Source: Paraspadella gotoi (taxonomy: Eukaryota > Animalia > Chaetognatha). Taken from it: DNA of 64,000 nt. The translations under genes were made by a program, and so were the position numbers. The stretch is from NCBI GenBank assembly GCA_051294375.1, contig CM119270.1:21816519-21880518 (forward strand). The letters run 5' to 3'. A model generated the notes under the pieces. The model was not told the origin of the DNA. It was given only the letters and a program-made list of their open reading frames with translations, and ran no database searches. This document shows, piece by piece, positions 52,811-64,000 of the stretch (position 1 is the stretch's first letter; each line of letters starts with the position of its first letter).

Positions 52811-53153
52811 GCACCTAATTCTTCGTCGTCTTCTTTATTTTATTTTCTTTGTTTTCCAATCGAAGTTCGATGCATCGAGATGAAGGTGTTGTTGTTTTTG
52901 TTGTTGTTGTCGAGAAAGTAAATATGATTCGCAGTTGAGTAACAGACGCTTTTAAATCTTCGCATTTAACAAAAGCCGTGATGTATAAAAATAAAATTTA
53001 TGTTTTTCAAAATATATATAAATTAACGTCTCTCTCTCTCTCTCTCGTCTCTCTTCGTCTCTCGTCTCTCTCTCTCTCTCTCTCGTCTTCTCTCTCTTAT
53101 CCTCTCTCTCTCTTCTCTTCGTCTTACATCTCTCTCTCTCTCTCTCCTCTCCT

Positions 53154-53190
<37 letters not shown>

Positions 53191-54023
53191 CCCATGACTA
53201 AAAAATTAATCCTTTGGTAAATTGAAACACCTGACATCCTAGTTAGGCCCAAGCTCGAGCTCTTTCCTTCATCACTTCTATATTTAATGTTTNNNNNNNN
53301 NNNNNNNNNNNNNNNNNNNNNNNNNNNNNNNNNNNNNNNNNNNNNNNNNNNNNNNNNNNNNNNNNNNNNNNNNNNNNNNNNNNNNNNNNNNNNNNNNNNN
53401 NNNNNNNNNNNNNNNNNNNNNNNNNNNNNNNNNNNNNNNNNNNNNNNNNNNNNNNNNNNNNNNNNNNNNNNNNNNNNNNNNNNNNNNNNNNNNNNNNNNN
53501 NNNNNNNNNNNNNNNNNNNNNNNNNNNNNNNNNNNNNNNNNNNNNNNNNNNNNNNNNNNNNNNAGAGAGAGAGAGTGAGAGAGCATTAAGACGGGAAATT
53601 AAGTAAAAGGATTATTTTGTCGTGAATTTCGAATATTAAAACGAAGAGAGAATGCAGCGTAGCGCGCGGTGCTGTCACTGGTACGTGACGCGGTACTGTG
53701 ACGAGCACAACGAGGACAATATGGCGAAAGGGCAAAGCGATGCGGTGCTGTGACATCGTCGACAAAGCGGTGCACTGACAAATAATCAGTGGGCGCTGTG
53801 CGTTGACGATGATGGAGCACAACATTAATCCATTGTGATTTTTACAATTTTCTTTATTACAATTATTTTTCACTAAAAAACAGTTTTGAGTTCTTGTATC
53901 TCGAGTGGCATTTCTGCCAGTGAATCGTGTGGTGATTTGGGTGGCAACTTAAGTGGCCTCCTATGTTCACGTGAAATTGACGATAACGAAAAAAAATCCA
54001 ATAAATCCTTTTTGTTTTGTTTT

Positions 54024-54136
<113 letters not shown>

Positions 54137-54881
54137 GAGAGGGAGAGGGAGAGGGAGAGGGAGAGAGATGCTCTCTCGTTTGTTCGTGATATCACGTTCC
54201 TCATTTTTATTTGTTTTTATTCCCTTTTTTCTCGCAAATAACTAAACATGGAACTGAGTTTCGCTTCATTGACTTTTTATTCGTTTGATCGTATCTAGAC
54301 GGGGTCAGATCATCACGAGACAACTTATGTCTTAGCAAAGTTCTCGTCTACAAGACATTTAAATTAAAATAACTCGGTGTATCACGAATTAACCGCGATA
54401 AAAATAAAATTTAAACAAACAGACAAGAAAGAAACCGTAAATGTTAACCTTCCGATTTAATGACTAACTAATATTTAGTTAGTGAAGCCTTCTTATTTTA
54501 CATACATAACAATTAACAAATAGGTTAATGACTCAACAAGCCAACCCGCTTTTATAATTATTCAATATCCAAGCAAGCTCATGCTTGTTTTTTCCCACTC
54601 AAACTACCCATCTTTTAAAATTTTAAAAATGCTGACATCAAAAATTTTCTCGCGCAGAAAAAAAAGAAGGAAATATTTTTTTTTCAAAGAAGAAAAAAAT
54701 TTTTCTCATCGGTTCTTTTTGACCTTTTCTCAGAAATACGAGTTTTTTCCCTTTTTTTCGTTTTTTTGTTTTTCCAGTAAAAAAGTTATCACTCGGAAAT
54801 CTTTTTTTTTTTTCAAAACACGAAAATTTTTATTTGAAAATTTATTTCTTTTTGAGGTTAATATATTTTTAGTTAATAGTT

Positions 54882-54936
<55 letters not shown>

Positions 54937-55764
54937 GCCTTCCTTCTTAATTTGCATAACCAAGAATTTAATATCAGCCTCGAATTTTTAACTGAATTAT
55001 TTAAATATTAATCTTTCTTTCTCTTTTCTCATTTCGACGCCAGAAGAAATTTTTCTCTTTTTAGAAATGAAATTTGCTTTGACATTCGCGGTTACGATAT
55101 CGTCAGGACCGTTTTAATTTGTAACACTACCAAAATATTTTTTGTTTAATTAACGACTTTAGCAACGAAAGAGATGCTTAATTATCTAAGTTACAAATTA
55201 TAGGTTTAATTAGTTTATGAGCAAATAAATAAGTTTGTAACCGAATCTCAGAATTATCCTAGCTTAAATTAGATTAAAAGCTTGCTATAATATGAACACC
55301 TCCAAAGCCTGAATTTCTTATTCAATTACCAATTTAGTAGAGAACAGTATTTTTTTCATTATTTTGACGCGTGAACCACTTCAATATCATATTCTTTTAA
55401 AGTTTAAACATTTCATTATTTTGTCGAAAAACAGTTTTTTTCTTACTTTTTTTTGATAAAACACAAAACAAAAACTTTTTTTTTACTTTTTTTTGATAAA
55501 ACACAAAACAAAAAAAGTTTTTCAAAAAAACTAGAATACAAAATCGACGCCCACACGAAAGGTAGAGTTTCACGTCGCCATTAGGGTTGTCATATTTGAT
55601 ACCTCATTTATACTATTATATTTCCTTTGCACGTACCCCGTGTCCGTTCGCGAGTGACGCCAAAAAATCGCTTCCCATTACTCATTGGCCTCAAGTCATC
55701 TTTTGTGACATCGTAAATTTTCAAATTGCGTCATAAAAAATGTCGGGTATATTTGAGATTATAT

Positions 55765-56228
55765 ATTTATAGATAAGGCGCTAAGTGATCTCCGCAACTT
55801 CTTTAACCCCCTCTAGCAGTCATGGAACGGAACCTGGGGTTGGAACTGAAGAGACAGTAATTATTGTTATGTGTTAGTGACAGAACCGTTCAATATAAGC
55901 AGTCCCTGAGCTTCGGATCAGGTTGTAACACCGTGTTACATGCGGGTTAAGCGCCCCGTCCCTCTTAACTGCTAAGCGACTACAGGGCTTTTGGGTTGGG
56001 TTGGCACCTTTGGATTGGGAGGCGAATGACTTGCCTCCGGCACCAATTGCCGCTGATAAACGGTTGGTGGATTTTAGTCCACCATAGAACCATGCTTGAA
56101 GGTTATTCACGCCCCCAATGTGGTTTAAGGTCGTCCTCACGGTAACAACAAGGTAGGTAGCGGGTTGGGATCGAACCCGGTACCTCGAGGTCATGAGCTG
56201 AAGATTTTAGTGAATAAGCCACGGTGCG
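55765..56228 (-). mobile_element. tRNA-derived SINE-like element (cleanest reading)
   Basis: gggatcgaacccgg at ~56167 is GGTTCGATCCC, a Pol III B box, on the minus strand. Confidence 0.6.
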
Positions 56229-56630
56229 TCGATTGAAGTCGTCATGTTTATAAGCGGGGTGAACTTATGCAATGCCCAACTACATATTTACCAAAATTTA
56301 CCGTTTTACAAATTAACATTACAATACATTACATCCAGGCATTATGAACAGAAATGGGACACATTCCGAAAATAGTGGCAAATTTTCTTTTAAATTAACT
56401 AAAATCGAGTCTTAATTTTTTAAGTTTATTTTCTTGTCAACTGCGAAAAGCTTATGTCATCTTTAATGAGATAATAAATAAAAAAAGAAGAAGCTATATC
56501 TGTCGTCGTTCTCTCTCTCTCTCTCTCTCTCTCCTCTCTGCTCACTCTTCCTCTTCTCCATTCGATTCGTTTCTTTTCAATGACGAAATTAAGAGGAAAT
56601 TCAATTTCACGAAAAGGAAGAAAGGCTTTT

Positions 56631-56712
<82 letters not shown>

Positions 56713-56989
56713 AGAGAATCCTTCTCCTCCCTTTCACTTTCATTGCTTTCCCATCTTCCCCAGCCTCGTTGTCATTTCTCCGCCAAGAGAGAGAGAAAGA
56801 GAGAGAGGGAGGAGAGAGAGAAGAGAGAGAGGAGAGAGCGAGAGAGAGAGAGAGAGAAGAGAGAGAGTCGAGTTTTTTCCTCCGCCAGGAAGCCGAGACG
56901 AAAGGGGAGGCATGTCTACCTCCAGTTAATTAACTAATTAGAGAGAAGAGAAAAGGCAGGGAATTCTCTCTTTTCTCCCTCTTCTCTCT

Positions 56990-57047
<58 letters not shown>

Positions 57048-57919
57048 TCTCTCTCTCTCTCCTCTCTCTTTCACTTCATTTTTTTGGTTATTCTTCACGT
57101 TTACCAGTGACTAATTAACAATTATTAATAAATTAATAATTCTAGTAACGAATAAAATGTGCGTGTAATTAATATTTTTTCTGTTGATGTTACGAAAGCG
57201 AATAATGTAACAAGTTCTTTGTATTTGTAATTGAACGAAAAGCTACTTAGTTTAGGAAAAGTGTTTTTTTATTAATATTGTTGTAGCTAAATAAAAACAA
57301 CTACTTTTTGTAGAGTATGATGACGGAGGCCATGATAAAGAGAGAGAGGCCAGCGCCGCACAAAGAGGACGTGAGTAAAACTGCAGAATAGAAAAGAAAA
57401 ATGATGTTGAGTACAGCATTTAAATGCTGTTGAGTACAGCATTTAATATTTATTGAGTGCGTGGGTTAGGGCAATATAACGTTTTGTTTCACTTCCTACG
57501 CTAAAATCAAAATAAACGTTTCCTCAATTTGTTTATGTCTTTATTAATTTAGTATTATTTCAAATTAAAAACTTTCCTGTTTTATTTCAATAAACATATA
57601 TTTAAATTATAAATTGGAAAGTTATTTTAAAAAACATTAACTTTCTTCTTTTTGCCTCTTCTCTCTCTCTCTCTTTTCTCTCTCTCTCTCTCTCTCTCTC
57701 TTTCTATCTTCTCTCTCTCTCTCTCTCTCTCCTCTCTTCTCTCTCTCTCCTCTCTCTCCTCTCTCTCTCTCTCCTCTCTCTCCTCTCCCCCCCATTTTCC
57801 ATCGTCTCCTCTCTGTCTGAACCTCGTTTCCCCCACATCACGAATCCGCATATCAGTTTTGTCCTGACCCGGATTTCGATTTGATCCAAAGGTCAAGAGT
57901 TCTAACTGATAACACTTCT

Positions 57920-58120
57920 CTTTTATCCTTTCTATTCAACGCCACTTGCTCTGTTATCGCTATCGTATTTCAAAGCGTACACTTTTCTTATCTGCCTTTT
58001 ATCCTTTCTATTCATCACCACTTCTCTTTTATCCCATATATTCAACACCTCTTTTCTTTTATTCTATCTATTTATCGCTATTTCTCTTTTATCCTATCTA
58101 TTCAACGCCACTTCTCTATT
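57920..58120. repeat. 33-bp tandem repeat (TTTTATCCTTTCTATTCAACGCCACTTCTC-like)
   Basis: About six degenerate units. Confidence 0.75.
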
Positions 58121-58684
58121 CCTCGCCAGCATCAAATTAAAAATGAGCTGACTGTTTTTGAAATTGTTTAAAAACCAATACGTGATATTTTTCGCATTAT
58201 TTAAATAAATACGCTGAGCAATATTTATTCCTAATTTGTGAGACAGGCCAGTGCTTGGGTTTACTCCTCTTTACTACTTGTCTCCCCTACTCTCTACACA
58301 CATTATGCGACTCTCTCCACTTTTTCACTTCTCACTCCTCACTTCCCAATCCCCACTTCTCACTTCTCAATCCCCACTTCCCACTTCCCTCATCTTAATC
58401 CACACTTCCACTTCCCCAGTTCCACTTTCCCACTTCCCACTCTCGAACTCTTTAACCCTCGAAGAAGAATCGAAATTACGTTTAATTCAGGATGAAAAAA
58501 AAGAAAATAAAAAGAAAAAAAAGAAAAAAAAGAAAAGAAAAAAAGAAGAAAAAAGGAAAAAAGAAAAAAAGGGGAAAAAAAAGAAAGACTTGATATCTGA
58601 ATGAAATTCAAAAATATATGTAGATCGGGACTTGAGATAGGTATATCCTGCGGGAGAGAGAGAGAGAGAGGAGAGGAGAGAGGA

Positions 58685-58717
<33 letters not shown>

Positions 58718-58728
58718 CTAGAGAATGA

Positions 58729-58795
<67 letters not shown>

Positions 58796-58801
58796 AGAGA
58801 G

Positions 58802-58870
<69 letters not shown>

Positions 58871-59117
58871 AAGAAGACCAGAGAGAAGGCGAGACAGAGA
58901 GGAGATAAGTACAGAGAGAGCCCACGTTCAAAAGATGCAGACGACAAGACAGAGCGCGGCAGTGATGCTCTAATCAAGACTCCTGACCGGTGGCCATCGT
59001 ACTCCCTGACGAAAATGAGCGCACGATAAAGGGACGCGAATGATTTCCTATTAAGAGCAAGCGAGAACGAAGAAAAAAAGGAAAAAGAAAGGAAAAGGAG
59101 AAAAATAAAAAGGAAAA

Positions 59118-59405
59118 AGAAGATGGCGTCGTTTGTGCGGCGTCTATTAAGAGCCGCCTCCGCCCCCCCCCCAACCGGCTTGGGTCATTAAGCGTCGGTG
59201 GAAAGAAAGGACGATATTCATCGCCGACGGGAGTTGCACCTGAGATTTCGCCTTTAAGGAATTCGCCTTTTCGCCTTTAAGGAATTCGCCTTTTCGCCTT
59301 TGGACATCGCCTTTCGCATTTCCTGATTTCGATTCTGTCATCGCAATAAGTTCAACCCGCCCATAAGCATTACGACCTCAGTCGTGACCTGCTCAAAGTG
59401 AGGTA
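59118..59405 (+). promoter_or_regulatory. GC-rich island, possible promoter/first exon (AAGATGGCG; MASFVRRLLRAAS..)
   Basis: YY1-like AAGATGGCG, Arg-rich N-terminus, donor-like GTGAGG/GTATTG at ~59398-59403, but the frame stops after 52 codons. Confidence 0.25.
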
Positions 59406-61445
59406 TTGAAACCGTTCCTGTTTTTGTATTTAACAATTGTGTTAATATCGTTTTTGTTATTAATAAAAAAAAGTGAGGCGGAAAAAAAAAGTTTTTAATT
59501 TTAGTAAAATTAAAAAAAAAAAATTGGATGGAAAAAAAAAGTGAAATCGATTATTGATTTTGAAAAATTTTGAGGAGAGAATAAAAAATGGAATGAAGGA
59601 AAGAAGGAAAAAGGAAAGGAGGAAAGAAGGAAAGAAGGAAAGAAGGAAAAAGGAAAGAAGGAAAAAAGAATGAGAAAAAAGAAAAAAAGAAAGAAGGAAA
59701 AAGAAAAGAAGGAAAAAGAAAAGAAGGAAAAAGGAAAGAAGGAAAAAAGAATTAGAAAAAAAGAAAAAAGGAAAGAAGGAAAAAGGAAAGAAGGATAGAA
59801 AGAAAGAATGAAAAAGGAATGAAAAAAAAGAAAAAAAGGAAAGNNNNNNNNNNNNNNNNNNNNNNNNNNNNNNNNNNNNNNNNNNNNNNNNNNNNNNNNN
59901 NNNNNNNNNNNNNNNNNNNNNNNNNNNNNNNNNNNNNNNNNNNNNNNNNNNNNNNNNNNNNNNNNNNNNNNNNNNNNNNNNNNNNNNNNNNNNNNNNNNN
60001 NNNNNNNNNNNNNNNNNNNNNNNNNNNNNNNNNNNNNNNNNNNNNNNNNNNNNNNNNNNNNNNNNNNNNNNNNNNNNNNNNNNNNNNNNNNNNNNNNNNN
60101 NNNNNNNNNNNNNNNNNNNNNNNNNNNNNNNNNNNNNNNNNNNNNNNNNNGGAAAAAAGGAAAGAAGGAAAAAGGAAAGAAAGAAAGAAGAAAAAAGGAA
60201 AGAAGGAAAAAGGAAAGAAGGAAGGAAAGAAAGAAGGAAAAAGGGAAAAAAGGAAAGAAGAAAATAAAAAAGAAGGAAAGAAAAAAAAGGAAAGAAGAAA
60301 AAAAAGAAGGAAAGAATGAAAAAGGAAAGAAGAAAAAAAGGAAAAAAGGAAAGAAAATGAGAGAAAAAAAATTGAGACCTATTAAGCCTTCGGGTTCCAA
60401 ATTTCCTCCCTCCGATTTTTTTTTTAAAGTTTTAACTTTTTTAATTTTTGAGTAAAAATATTTTCAATTGACGTCACGGTTAGTAATTTAAGTAAAACAA
60501 TATTTTAAAGAATGTTCAATAATTATTAGGAAGATTTTCTAACAATCCAAACGTGTCAATGAAAAATTTTTNNNNNNNNNNNNNNNNNNNNNNNNNNNNN
60601 NNNNNNNNNNNNNNNNNNNNNNNNNNNNNNNNNNNNNNNNNNNNNNNNNNNNNNNNNNNNNNNNNNNNNNNNNNNNNNNNNNNNNNNNNNNNNNNNNNNN
60701 NNNNNNNNNNNNNNNNNNNNNNNNNNNNNNNNNNNNNNNNNNNNNNNNNNNNNNNNNNNNNNNNNNNNNNNNNNNNNNNNNNNNNNNTCTCATCGGTGAC
60801 AAGCTCACATCCTAATCTCTCGCCGGTCCCTCCCACTCAGCCTCTTTCCAAATTTTGACTAGTGACATTTCGGTTTGGCGGTGACAGGCTCACATCCCAT
60901 TCCTGTCACCCGACCCCATGGAAACCCATAGAACTCTCCCGCGGGTGAGTTATGGGTTTTGGGTCCTCGTCGTCGGAGTTTTTCGGTTCGTCCTCCTCCT
61001 TCTCCTTCTCCTCCTCTTCCTCCTCCTCCTCATTCTCTTCTTCTTCATTTATTTTCTTCGTCTTCGTCGTTTTTCGTTACAGTTAATCTTTCTTTGTGTG
61101 AATCTATGTGAATCTCTGTGTGAATCTATCCCTTCTTTACCAAAATCTACCTGAATATACCAAATATATATGGAGAATAAATCTGACCTCGACTAAATCT
61201 AATCTGAATACACTTAATATGCTAATATGTATTCAAAATAAATGTGACCTTAACTAAATTTAACCTTATCTACATATTTTCCTTTCCTTTTCTATTTTAC
61301 CAAATTTTTTACTAGTAATTTTAAAAACAAATTTTATTTGACAGCGTTGTCCACATCTTTAAATACTGACAGTTCAAACTTTTTAACTTTTTCTTCGAAG
61401 CTAAAACTTTAAACTTCTCCCAATGATCCTCTTTTCCAAATCCTA

Positions 61446-61495
<50 letters not shown>

Positions 61496-62874
61496 CGAAG
61501 GTCTTCTTGCGTTTCCCACGTTTAATTTTTTTCTCCACATCCCTTTGAAATCATGTCTATAACCACTTTACTCTGAAAAATTCCAAAAATAAAAAAAATT
61601 GCAATTATATTGCATAAAAAATAATATTAGTGACTTTAATCTATATCAAAAAATAAATATACGAAATCAGTAAGCCTATTTTGTATTGAGTACTGACTCT
61701 ACTATGTTTTAAAAATATCATTTAAAAATTTTGGCCTCTCATATACTTACATGTATTAATAAAGCTTACTGGTTTTAAGTAACGTATCAAATACTATGTA
61801 ATAATTTTATTTTCCTCAGTTATTGATATTTTAATCATAACAAAATCTATTGTAAAAGATGTGAGGCTCGCCTCGGTTCATAATAAGGACGTTTTTGATA
61901 AATAGTATCTGTGTCTCTTTCTCCCGCCTCGATTTCCGAGTTTCGCGATGCGCGTTTTAGTTTTCTATTGAACTCTCACCAAAATTGTTCGCCCGGAGAA
62001 ACTTCGTTCTTACGAGTCTCCGAGGGATTGTTCAAATAAGTCAATAAACGTTTCAAATATTCGATATCAACTTTGACTTTGTCTCGTGCGACTCAAGTTA
62101 GCACATTTGGTTACGGGCGAATCAACGACGTAGGTCTCCGCGGGCGCGAAGTCTATCCTCACTTCACATCTATCNNNNNNNNNNCGCGGGCGCGAAGTCT
62201 ATCATCACTTCACATCTATCATCTACTTATATGTTATTTTCGCGNNNNNNNNNNNNNNNNNNNNNNNNNNNNNNNNNNNNNNNNNNNNNNNNNNNNNNNN
62301 NNNNNNNNNNNNNNNNNNNNNNNNNNNNNNNNNNNNNNNNNNNNNNNNNNNNNNNNNNNNNNNNNNNNNNNNNNNNNNNNNNNNNNNNNNNNNNNNNNNN
62401 NNNNNNNNNNNNNNNNNNNNNCCCCCATTCTCACTGGAAGAGATTTGCCAACTGGTGATTTCTCCCTCCGTCGTCTGGATGGAGACCGAATCGTTGGCGG
62501 AGAAAAATCCAGTCGAGTTTCCTTCATCGTCTGAGGAGAAGTCGNNNNNNNNNNNNNNNNNNNNNNNNNNNNNNNNNNNNNNNNNNNNNNNNNNNNNNNN
62601 NNNNNNNNNNNNNNNNNNNNNNNNNNNNNNNNNNNNNNNNNNNNNNNNNNNNNNNNNNNNNNNNNNNNNNNNNNNNNNNNNNNNNNNNNNNNNNNNNNNN
62701 NNNNNNNNNNNNNNNNNNNNNNNNNNNNNNNNNNNNNNNNNNNNNNNNNNNNNNNNNNNNNNNNNNNNNNNNNNNNNNNNNNNNNNNNNNNNNNNNNNNN
62801 NNNNNNNNNNNNNTAATTGGCACTGATGCTTTCAGCATCATAAATCGGTCTCGATGTTGGTCGCCACTCTCTTT

Positions 62875-63110
62875 AATTATCTGTTATCAATCATCTGTCA
62901 CTAACTTGTGTTACTATCATCAATATTCTATCGTCATAGTTGCTGTCATCAATCTGTCGCAATAGATCTGTCATATCAGTCATCATCATCTGTCATTATC
63001 ATCTGTCATCAATCTGTAGCAATAGATCTGTCATATCAGTCATCATCATCTGTCATTATCATCTGTCATCATCATCTATCACCATCATCTGTCACCATCA
63101 TCAATCATAT
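62875..63110. repeat. TCATCAATCTGTC-type degenerate tandem repeat with a 60-bp higher-order unit
   Basis: Lines 62941 and 63001 are nearly identical. Confidence 0.8.
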
Positions 63111-64000
63111 GTGGCCATCCATCTTTTGCTAGAACCAGGAAAACCAATCAAGAGAAAAACAGAAGCGAAGATGAAACTTTTTTTTTCGATTCTTAGTTCA
63201 TCGATTCTTTTGCTCCTTTTCTCTACTCCTATTCTCTGCTCCTATTCCTTGCTGCTTTTCTTTGCTTCTTTTTTTGCTGCTCCTTCGCTTTGATCCTTTT
63301 CTACGCTCCTCTTCTCTACTCCTATTCTCTGCTCCTATTCCTTGCTGCTTTTCTGTGCTACCTTTTTTCTTCTCTTCCTTACTCCTTTTCTCTGCTCCTC
63401 TTCTCTGCTCCTTTACTCTGCTCCCCTTCGTAGATCCTTCTCTTTACTCCTTTACTTCCCTTTTCTGCTCCACATATTCACAAAACGACAACTCCAGTTG
63501 ATCCCCGTCCTAATTTTCCTTTTTCTTTACAACTCCACCCACTTGCTCCTCACTTTAATTTCTTTCCTGCTCCTTTCTTCTTTCACTTTAGCTTCTAGTC
63601 TTTTAGATTACGATTTTTATTTATTTATATTTTTTCAAACATCGCCATAACCAGTCNNNNNNNNNNNNNNNNNNNNNNNNNNNNNNNNNNNNNNNNNNNN
63701 NNNNNNNNNNNNNNNNNNNNNNNNNNNNNNNNNNNNNNNNNNNNNNNNNNNNNNNNNNNNNNNNNNNNNNNNNNNNNNNNNNNNNNNNNNNNNNNNNNNN
63801 CCTTATTTTCGCTTCGTTGTTTTTTTTTTCAGCAAAACATTTTACAAAACAGCAGATGGAGTTTTTTTAACTCCAGAGTCCAAACATTAGTTATTACTTA
63901 TGACAGATTTAAACAAGCATTGTGACTAGTGTATATATTCATTTTAACGGTTAAATTCGCTTAATTTTCAAATGTGATTTTTTTTCATTTTTTGGTATGA

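Noticed and set aside
56150-56228. tRNA gene
   Set aside because: Has a B box, but I could not fold a cloverleaf, and it continues into a body shared with another dispersed copy, so it is treated as a SINE.

Overview
This window looks like a draft animal genome: AT-rich, dense in (CT/GA)n and (GAC)n microsatellites, with spliceosomal introns and many N gaps. The first ~10 kb is clean and gene-dense. It holds a 3-exon histone H2A.Z gene followed 568 bp later, on the same strand, by an intronless 3-RRM hnRNP M/MYEF2 gene. Both genes have a 3' splice acceptor with no clear partner donor just upstream of their ATG, and I see no AATAAA between them. The hnRNP M acceptor is in frame with two H2A.Z donors, so this may be an operon (SL trans-spliced), a shared-promoter unit or a histone-RRM fusion locus. 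Convergent with them are three phase-compatible terminal exons of an unidentified minus-strand gene ending in a PDZ-ligand-like DTDV. The rest is repeat-dominated: a ~5.9 kb fold-back, a 31-bp GTCACGTGAC minisatellite, a tRNA-derived SINE family and a MITE family with telomere-like interior. From 25 to 57 kb the same ~12 kb is present 2-4 times in direct and inverted, error-laden copies, most likely long-read or WGA assembly artefacts. That block hides two large candidate coding exons, one with 7/21-aa and 27-aa repeats. All calls were made by eye, without database searches.
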